Below, one piece after another: positions 23,084-29,180 of a stretch of 32,000 nt of DNA. A program made the position numbers and the translations under genes. The stretch comes from Geotalea daltonii FRC-32 (GTDB lineage Bacteria; Desulfobacterota; Desulfuromonadia; Geobacterales; Geobacteraceae). How positions within the stretch are numbered: position 1 is the stretch's first letter; every line of letters begins with the position of its first letter. The stretch lies in NCBI RefSeq assembly GCF_000022265.1, contig NC_011979.1, positions 4,020,001 through 4,052,000 on the forward strand, given 5' to 3'. The notes under the pieces are model-generated. The model searched no databases and was not told where the DNA came from. It saw only the letters and a list, made by a program, of their open reading frames with translations.

Positions 23084-24501
23084 GACGCCGGCGTAACCTC
23101 CGTTTCTTTTAGACCAGGCCGGATCCCGACCTCCTGCTCCTCCCGCTGCGCAGTCAGCAGAACCGACTCCAGAACTCCCCTCATTGAAATCAAGCCTTTA
23201 AACTTGATCATTGCATTCCAAAGGGGTTCAAAGCGCTTCCACCCTCCCGCGTACATAAGATGCCGCACACGGTTCGGAAACAGCGAATGGGCGCTGCTTG
23301 CCTTAAGGATGGAGCCCCACCGGTAAAACTCCCGGTAAGCAAGGTCATACCCTGCTTTCAATTGGTCTGCCGTCATTCCCTTGGGCTGGTAAACCACATG
23401 ACGGGTATCATACAAGTCCCAGTCACTGCTCTGGATGCGCCCATCACCATCGAGGGTCCGAAACAGCGCCGTACCGGGATATGGTGTCAGAATATGAAAT
23501 GTTGCCGTGGTGATACCCCGCTCAATGGCCCAGGATGCGGTACGCCTGAATATATCCGGGCCGTCGCTGTCCAGGCCGAAGACGAAGCTGCCGTTGATGA
23601 AAACACCCAGGTCATCCAGGCGGCGGATCACTCGATCGTAGTCCCGTCCCAGGTTCTGTCGTTTGTTGCTCGCCTGGAGATTCCGGGGATCGATGGATTC
23701 GAAACCAATAAAAATACTTCGAAGTCCTGCCTCCACGGCTCTTTCGATCAGGTCGCCTTCAAGGATGGAATCGACCGTCGCCGCCCCCTGAAAGAGTCTA
23801 TTCATGCCGCGCATGCCATCGAACAGATTTGCGGCGAAGTGCCGGTCCCCCAGCAGATGATCGTCCAGAAAATAGAGATGACGTCCCGGGAGGCTCTCAA
23901 TTTCAGCGAGCGCTGCATCGACGCGTTGGGTATAGAAAGAGGCGCCACCCTGAAAAAAACTATCCTTATAGCAGAAATTGCAGTGATGGGGACAGCCGCG
24001 GGAGACGACCAGGGAGTTAGGCACCAGATATAGTTCCCACTTGATCAGATCGCGGCGTGGGGGTGGCACACCCATGAGGGAACGGTTCGGAGAAAAATAA
24101 ACAAGTCTTGGTTCTCTCCGCCGGAAATCTGCAAGGAAAGCGGGAAACGTATCTTCACCAGGCCCGAGAAAAATGGCGTCGGCATGAAGTTTTGCCTCTT
24201 CAGGCAAAGAAGTTACATGCAGACCTCCCATAGCCACGAAAACGCCCTTTGACCGGTAATGATCGGCAATCATGTATGAGCGGCGGGCGCTTGTAACATA
24301 GGCTTGAATCACCACCAAATCGGGATGATCGCTGGTATCAAGTTCTTCCACATGTTCATCGACAAGCTCAACTTCATCGTCCGGCGACAGAAAAGCGGCA
24401 AGGGTTGCAAGTCCAAGGGGTGGAAACAATGAATACTTTATGGGACGCCAGAATGGACTTTTTGCCTCTATCAAGGCGGGCAAAATCATTTTCACTTTCA
24501 T
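23080..24501 (-). CDS. B12-binding-domain radical SAM protein (class B rSAM, DUF4070-like C-terminus)
   Basis: 473-aa ORF. The N-terminal cobalamin-binding-like domain reads ILPAL...FPPLGLATLAAFL...DLVVIQAYVTSA...VAMGGLHVT. The CxxxCxxC motif is SRGC170PHHC174NFC177YKD (23971-23994). An AAGGAGA RBS lies 5 nt upstream of the ATG. Confidence 0.88.
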   Translation of the reverse strand: MKVKMILPALIEAKSPFWRPIKYSLFPPLGLATLAAFLSPDDEVELVDEHVEELDTSDHPDLVVIQAYVTSARRSYMIADHYRSKGVFVAMGGLHVTSLPEEAKLHADAIFLGPGEDTFPAFLADFRRREPRLVYFSPNRSLMGVPPPRRDLIKWELYLVPNSLVVSRGCPHHCNFCYKDSFFQGGASFYTQRVDAALAEIESLPGRHLYFLDDHLLGDRHFAANLFDGMRGMNRLFQGAATVDSILEGDLIERAVEAGLRSIFIGFESIDPRNLQASNKRQNLGRDYDRVIRRLDDLGVFINGSFVFGLDSDGPDIFRRTASWAIERGITTATFHILTPYPGTALFRTLDGDGRIQSSDWDLYDTRHVVYQPKGMTADQLKAGYDLAYREFYRWGSILKASSAHSLFPNRVRHLMYAGGWKRFEPLWNAMIKFKGLISMRGVLESVLLTAQREEQEVGIRPGLKETEVTPAS

Positions 24502-24590
24502 ACGGTCTCCTTGGTATTGATCCGATAACTGCCGGTTCTGCTCTGGGCAAGGAGGGAACCTTCAAGGCTCCCTCACGCTCTTAATCGGCT

Positions 24591-26588
24591 TTACTTGATC
24601 ACCTTTCCCTGTCGCCGGTATCGTTCAAGCCCGAGGAGCGCGGCAGCCACGACAATGAACAGCACCGTGAGGCCGGGTTCCGGCACGGAGGTGCATCCCA
24701 CGGCCAGATTGGAAACACCTGCGGGAAGTGGCAATGGCTGGTCCACATTATCCGCTGCGCCTTCTTTGTTTCGAACCTCTTCAAGAACGGCAATGAATGA
24801 TGTATACGGAGTGAGCAGGTTGTAGTCGAGCCCGAGATTCGTTACCTCTCTCCTGGTGTCAGAATTTTCCCCCTGGACATTGTAATTCGACAGTCTTGCG
24901 ATACGAGAACGGGCCCAGAGGTATTTCAGGGGGGCATGGTCTGAAAGGGGTTTGGTTTCTTTGACGTAAAAAGTTCGGGTATATTTGCCTGCTGCGGTTT
25001 TACCGGTAAGCTCAATTTCGCCGATCGGTTTGCCGCGCCACTTGCCGTACAAAACCAGGGGGCGCTGGGCAAAGAGATCGGGAATGGTCGCCGGTTCCAC
25101 ATTGTAGGCCTCAAATTCTTTGAATTTGACATGAACGCCGGTCAACAGGGGGGACGCCACATACTTGCGGAAGCGATCCGAGGCTTCCTTCGCCTCTTCC
25201 GGCTTCGTTACCACGAAGGACTCCCCTTGGCCCGCCTGGGCAATACCGTCCACCAGGTAGCGATTGATGCTCGACCCGATACCGAAGGAGAAGACATTGG
25301 TGGTATCCAGATTTTCGGAAATCAGCTTGAAACTCTCCCGTTCCGCACTGATAAAGCCGTCGGTGATGATAACCGCCGTACGGGCTTTACCCTTTTCCCG
25401 CGGCAGGGACAGGGCTTTATTCAGGGCGGCAGCTAGCTCAGTTCCGCCTCCTCCCTGCTGGGAATCGATGAGTCTGATCGCTTTCGTGATATTTTCACTG
25501 GTTGCAGGAATGGACGAAGGATCCATGACCTGTGAGCCGCCGGCAAAAAGGACCAGGTTGAACGTGTCAGTGGGACGGAGGTTGCCGATCAGGTCCCGGA
25601 TCAGAGTCTTCGCCGTATCGAGGGGAAAGCCGTGCATGGAACCGGAAACATCCAGGACAAAGATGTATTCCCGAGGCAGGATCTCAGCCGCCTGCACCTT
25701 TTCCGGAGGCTGGACCATAAGAAGAAAGAAGTTCTCCTTCTCCCCTTGATAAAGCATGAGCCCGCTCTGAATCTCCTTGCCGGCAAGGCGGTATTTGAGG
25801 ATGAAGTCCCGATTGGCCGCAAACCCTCCCGATTTCACAAGAGCCGCAGTGACCATAGATTTGTCCAACCATGACAGATCCACCTTGTGGGAAGGACTGA
25901 CCACTTCCTGGATCGGTATCGAGGTGGAGAGAAAGACATTGATGTTAAAAGCAGTAGCCGGAGTTTTCCCCTCCTTGAGATAGGGTGATTTTACCCATTT
26001 GTCGCGCTCTGGAGCGTCCGCCTCTTTCTGATTGGAATACCTGGGTCCGACAACGGTAGGGTAGACGAATTCATAGGTTCCATCCGTCGGCACCAGGAGC
26101 TCGGCATAGTGTAGCTCGATCTGCACCTCATCCCGGGGCATGATGTTTGCGAGGCTCATGGAGAAAACATTCGGCCGTTGCTCCTCCAGGAGCGAGGCGC
26201 TCTTTCCTTCGGCCTTGGCCTTGACGAATTCGGCTTTGGCGGCCTCTTTCTCCTTGATTCGGGCTGTAACGACACGTTTGCCAACCGTCATCTTCATGCC
26301 ATGAACGGAAGCCCTAGTTGAGGCGGGGAAACAGTATCGGGCGTTAATGGGCCGAGTGCCGTTGTTGACATACTTCTGCGTAACGGTGACATCGGCGATG
26401 ACGCCGTTGATGGTGACCTTGACGTCGGTATTCTTCAACGGAAGCCGGTCAACGGCAGGGTCACCATGCTCGATGAAGAAGTAGGGGGAAAGGGTTTTAT
26501 CGCCCCCGTTTTCACTGGAGGCATGGGCAGGCATCTGCGGGATAAGTGAACTGATTAAACAAACTAGGGCAAGCAACTTCGTCTTCAT
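24591..26588 (-). CDS. Secreted VIT-domain plus von Willebrand factor A protein with a C-terminal PEP-CTERM sorting signal
   Basis: I chose the start MKTKLLALVCLISSLIPQMPAHASS (ATG 26586-26588) because it gives a clear signal peptide and AAGGAGG lies 6 nt upstream. The track's 55-aa N-terminal extension is low-complexity and crosses the promoter region. The VIT-like block is LPLKNTDVKVTINGVIADVTVTQKYVN...YCFP....SVHGMKM.VG.R...A.IKEKEAAK. The VWA domain has a MIDAS motif (IFVLDVSGSM). The C-terminus is SVPEPGLTVLFIVVAAALLGLERYRRQGKVIK. Confidence 0.88.
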   Translation of the reverse strand: MKTKLLALVCLISSLIPQMPAHASSENGGDKTLSPYFFIEHGDPAVDRLPLKNTDVKVTINGVIADVTVTQKYVNNGTRPINARYCFPASTRASVHGMKMTVGKRVVTARIKEKEAAKAEFVKAKAEGKSASLLEEQRPNVFSMSLANIMPRDEVQIELHYAELLVPTDGTYEFVYPTVVGPRYSNQKEADAPERDKWVKSPYLKEGKTPATAFNINVFLSTSIPIQEVVSPSHKVDLSWLDKSMVTAALVKSGGFAANRDFILKYRLAGKEIQSGLMLYQGEKENFFLLMVQPPEKVQAAEILPREYIFVLDVSGSMHGFPLDTAKTLIRDLIGNLRPTDTFNLVLFAGGSQVMDPSSIPATSENITKAIRLIDSQQGGGGTELAAALNKALSLPREKGKARTAVIITDGFISAERESFKLISENLDTTNVFSFGIGSSINRYLVDGIAQAGQGESFVVTKPEEAKEASDRFRKYVASPLLTGVHVKFKEFEAYNVEPATIPDLFAQRPLVLYGKWRGKPIGEIELTGKTAAGKYTRTFYVKETKPLSDHAPLKYLWARSRIARLSNYNVQGENSDTRREVTNLGLDYNLLTPYTSFIAVLEEVRNKEGAADNVDQPLPLPAGVSNLAVGCTSVPEPGLTVLFIVVAAALLGLERYRRQGKVIK
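24594..24686 (-). other. PEP-CTERM sorting signal (VPEP, hydrophobic helix, Arg-rich tail) at the C-terminus of the VIT/VWA protein
   Basis: The encoded sequence is VPEP-GLTVLFIVVAAALLGL-ERYRRQGKVIK-stop. This is the tripartite architecture of the PEP-CTERM domain recognised by exosortases. Confidence 0.8.
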
Positions 26589-26652
26589 GGTAAACCTCCT
26601 TGTATTGCAGGTTGCCGTAACTTCCGGCTCATTGTTGAGTCGAATGTACACG

Positions 26653-26696
26653 ATGAAATTGAAGTGAATTTGAAGTGGGGATGAAAAAAGTGTGAA
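26653..26696 (-). promoter_or_regulatory. Phased TTCA(C/T/A) direct-repeat array (cre-tag-like) upstream of the VIT/VWA gene
   Basis: Minus strand reads TTCAC-ACTTTT-TTCAT-CCCCAC-TTCAA-A-TTCAC-TTCAA-T-TTCAT. Four pentamers start exactly 11 bp apart, and two more form a second 11-bp register offset by 6 bp. The first pair matches TTCACnnnnnnTTCAC at 9 of 10 positions. The array ends 64 nt upstream of the ATG. Confidence 0.45.
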
Positions 26697-26710
26697 AAAA
26701 GGGGAGGACA

Positions 26711-26742
26711 AATAAAAAGGCCGTGGAAAAAATTCCACGGCC
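26711..26742 (-). terminator. Rho-independent terminator after the short-type asd
   Basis: Minus strand reads GGCCGTGGAA-TTTT-TTCCACGGCC, a 10-bp perfect stem, followed by TTTTTATTT. It starts about 25 nt after the asd stop. Confidence 0.85.
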
Positions 26743-26767
26743 TTGTCAGACATTAATGTTGCTTGAA

Positions 26768-27787
26768 CTATTTAAGGTACTTCTCGATGAGAATCTCCGC
26801 AATCTGCACCGCATTGGTGGCCGCCCCTTTGCGGATATTGTCCGCTACCACCCACAGGTTCAGGCCATTTTCGATAGATTCATCCTTGCGAATCCGCCCG
26901 ACCTGGACAAAATCCTGCCCGGCTGCATCAACAGGCATGGGATATATACCTTCTGCAACGTCATCAACCAGCTCACAGCCCGGTGCCGCAGCGATCAGCT
27001 CCATGGCCGTCGCAACAGAAATCTCCTTCGCTGTCTCAATATTGATCGATTCGGAGTGGCCGAAGAAAACGGGAATCCGCACCGCAGTCGCAGTAACCTT
27101 GATGTCGGCTTCCATTATCTTGCGCGTTTCATTGACCATCTTCATCTCTTCCTTGGTGTAACCGTTATCGCAGAAGGAATCGATCTGGGGCAGACAGTTG
27201 AAGGCAATCTGATGGGGGTAAACTTCGGTGTTGGCAGGACGGCCATTGAGAAGCTCTCCCACTTGGACACGCAGTTCTTCAATGGCTTTCTTGCCGGTAC
27301 CGGAAACGGCCTGATAGGTGGAAACGACGATGCGCTTGATCTGGGCATGGTCATGGAGGGGTTTGAGAGCTACCACCATCTGGATGGTGGAACAGTTGGG
27401 ATTGGCGATAATCCCTTTCTTCTTGTACCCGGCAATGGCGTGGGCATTCACCTCCGGCACCACCAGAGGCACATCCGCGTCCATGCGCCAGGCGCTTGAA
27501 TTATCGATGCAGATTGCCCCGGCTTTGGCAGCAGAGGGGCAAAACTCTTTGGAACGCTCCCCTCCTGCGGAAAAGAGCGCGATATCAATGCCGTCGAAAG
27601 AATCATGGGTCAATTCCTCCACCAGGACCGCCTTGCCCTTAAATTCCAGTATTTCTCCCGCACTGCGGCTGCTGGCCAGATATTTTATCTTCCCTACCGG
27701 GAAATCACGCTCCTCAAGACACTCGATCATCTGGGCGCCAACCGCGCCGGTGGCGCCGACAATGGCTATATTCCATTTTTTACTCAT
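26768..27787 (-). CDS. asd: Aspartate-semialdehyde dehydrogenase, short (Gram-positive / Vibrio Asd2-like) class
   Basis: 339 aa from ATG 27785-27787 (MSKKWNIAIVGATGAVG...). The track's start at 27793 is a TTG only 3 nt from the GGGGAG RBS. The active-site Cys context (IIANPNCSTIQ) and the His context (PVFFGHSESI) are both retained. Confidence 0.9.
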   Translation of the reverse strand: MSKKWNIAIVGATGAVGAQMIECLEERDFPVGKIKYLASSRSAGEILEFKGKAVLVEELTHDSFDGIDIALFSAGGERSKEFCPSAAKAGAICIDNSSAWRMDADVPLVVPEVNAHAIAGYKKKGIIANPNCSTIQMVVALKPLHDHAQIKRIVVSTYQAVSGTGKKAIEELRVQVGELLNGRPANTEVYPHQIAFNCLPQIDSFCDNGYTKEEMKMVNETRKIMEADIKVTATAVRIPVFFGHSESINIETAKEISVATAMELIAAAPGCELVDDVAEGIYPMPVDAAGQDFVQVGRIRKDESIENGLNLWVVADNIRKGAATNAVQIAEILIEKYLK

Positions 27788-27812
27788 TACCAATATCTCC
27801 CCTTAAATACGT

Positions 27813-27839
27813 CAAATAAAAACGCCCCGAGAGGGGCGT
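27813..27839 (-). terminator. Rho-independent terminator about 145 nt after the long-type asd and about 25 nt before the short-type asd start
   Basis: Minus strand reads ACGCCCC-TCTC-GGGGCGT followed by TTTTTATTT. On the plus strand the same hairpin is followed by CTTTATACTTATT. Confidence 0.75.
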
Positions 27840-27984
27840 CTTTATACTTATTGGATGTGGATTTCGTGCAGTAGCAAGGCTGTCGAGGAGCCGCGAGGAG
27901 ACTAGGTACCCAGAACAGCGCTACGCCGCACGACCGGAGACGAAGACTTACGCAGCTACTGTGCGAAAGGCCGCATTCATGTAA

Positions 27985-29085
27985 TTATTTCTCGAGGAGT
28001 ATGCGGAGCATTCTCCGCAACGGCTCCGCCGCCCCCCACAACAGCTGATCGCCACAAGTAAAGGCCGACAGGTATTGGGGGCCCATCTTCATCTTCCGTA
28101 CCCGGCCGACCGGGACGGTCAGCGAACCGGACACCGCCGTCGGAGTCAGTCCGGTTAACGTCTCTGCCTTGGTATTGGGTACAAACTTTACCCACTGATT
28201 GTCATTCTTGATCAAGCTCTCGATGTCGGCAATGGGTATATCCTTATTCAGCTTTATGGTCAGGGCCTGGCTGTGGCAGCGCATGGCGCCGACCCGCACA
28301 CAGATGCCATCTACAGGGATCGGCGAAGAGGTGCCGAGGATCTTGTTGGTCTCGGCATAACCTTTCCACTCCTCACGGCTTTGCCCGTCTTCCACCTCCC
28401 GGTCGATCCAGGGAAGAACGCTTCCGGCCAGAGGAAAGCCGAACTCCTTGGTGGGCAAGGAGCCATCCCGCAGGGTGGTGGTCACCTTGCGGTCGATCTC
28501 CAGGATTGCAGAAGCAGGGTTTTTCAGTTCCTCGGCAACCACGCCGTGGAGAACCCCCATCTGGCTTAACAGCTCACGCATATTGGGAGCGCCTGCACCA
28601 CTTGCCGCCTGATAGGTCATGGAGGTGAGCCACTCCACCAGACCTGCCCGAAACAACCCGCCAAGCCCCATGAGCATCAGGCTGACGGTGCAGTTGCCGC
28701 CGATGAAATCCTTCTGCCCTTTGGCCAGGGCGGCGTCTATGACGTTACGGTTTACCGGGTCGAGGATGATGACCGCATTGTCTTCCATACGCAGTGTGCT
28801 GGCGGCGTCTATCCAATAGCCCTGCCATCCCTGCTTGCGCAGCTCGGGGTGTACGGCCTTGGTGTAATCACCACCCTGGCAGGTGATGATAATATCGAGC
28901 TTTTTCAATTCCTCGATATCATCGGCCTTTTTCAGGGTTCCGGCATTCATGGGGGCAGGCTGACCGGCCTGTGAGGTGGTAAAAAATACCGGCTCGAAAC
29001 CGAAACTGAAATCTTTTTCCTCCTGCATCCGCTGCATGAGGACCGATCCAACCATACCGCGCCAACCGACAATTCCGACTTTCAT
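27985..29085 (-). CDS. asd: Aspartate-semialdehyde dehydrogenase, long (E. coli-type) class
   Basis: 366-aa ORF alignable along its whole length with E. coli Asd as I recall it. Matching blocks include [76 protein letters not shown] and [17 protein letters not shown]. Confidence 0.95.
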   Translation of the reverse strand: MKVGIVGWRGMVGSVLMQRMQEEKDFSFGFEPVFFTTSQAGQPAPMNAGTLKKADDIEELKKLDIIITCQGGDYTKAVHPELRKQGWQGYWIDAASTLRMEDNAVIILDPVNRNVIDAALAKGQKDFIGGNCTVSLMLMGLGGLFRAGLVEWLTSMTYQAASGAGAPNMRELLSQMGVLHGVVAEELKNPASAILEIDRKVTTTLRDGSLPTKEFGFPLAGSVLPWIDREVEDGQSREEWKGYAETNKILGTSSPIPVDGICVRVGAMRCHSQALTIKLNKDIPIADIESLIKNDNQWVKFVPNTKAETLTGLTPTAVSGSLTVPVGRVRKMKMGPQYLSAFTCGDQLLWGAAEPLRRMLRILLEK

Positions 29086-29121
29086 ATGTTTGTTCCTCTT
29101 CTATTGAAGTTTTGAAGATCG

Positions 29122-29151
29122 ATTATGATCATTCCAGGGGGAAATTTGCAA
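29122..29151 (-). promoter_or_regulatory. Candidate promoter for the long-type asd
   Basis: Minus strand reads TTGCAA (29146-29151), an 18-nt spacer, then CATAAT (29122-29127). It lies in the leuB-asd spacer. Sequence match only. Confidence 0.3.
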
Positions 29152-29180
29152 CAATTTTAATACATTTCGTTGCAGATCGA

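Noticed and set aside
22067-23326. 419-aa plus-strand ORF antisense to the exosortase fusion and rSAM genes, and similar ones at 23260-24033 and 26723-27499.
   Set aside because: Their composition is low-complexity and rich in Pro, Gly, Arg and His. They span a gene junction on the other strand, and the opposite-strand frames carry clear family motifs. These are shadow ORFs.
26589-26652. A sigma-54 (-24 GG / -12 GC) promoter upstream of the cargo gene (CGGCAACCTGCAATA), and another upstream of the MshEN gene (TGGCAAATGAGGTTGA at about 31538-31553).
   Set aside because: The GG-to-GC spacing is wrong, at 8 nt and off-register respectively, and the -12 element is not TTGC. These do not match TGGCAC-N5-TTGC.
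26589-26753. 55-aa N-terminal extension of the VIT/VWA ORF (the track starts it at 26753).
   Set aside because: The extension would run through the asd terminator and the repeat array. It has no RBS and would bury the obvious signal peptide. The internal ATG at 26588 has AAGGAGG at ideal spacing.
19474-26767. Mobile-element hallmarks at the cassette borders (integrase, transposase, flanking direct repeats, tRNA attachment site).
   Set aside because: I found none by eye. The two border spacers (19474-19562 and 26589-26767) share no obvious repeat. The cassette is called accessory only from gene content and synteny recollection, not from mobility signatures.
27843-27984. A lysine, SAM or T-box riboswitch controlling the short asd.
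   Set aside because: I could not find the conserved core sequences of any riboswitch class I know in either orientation. I kept it only as an unclassified structured element (see findings).
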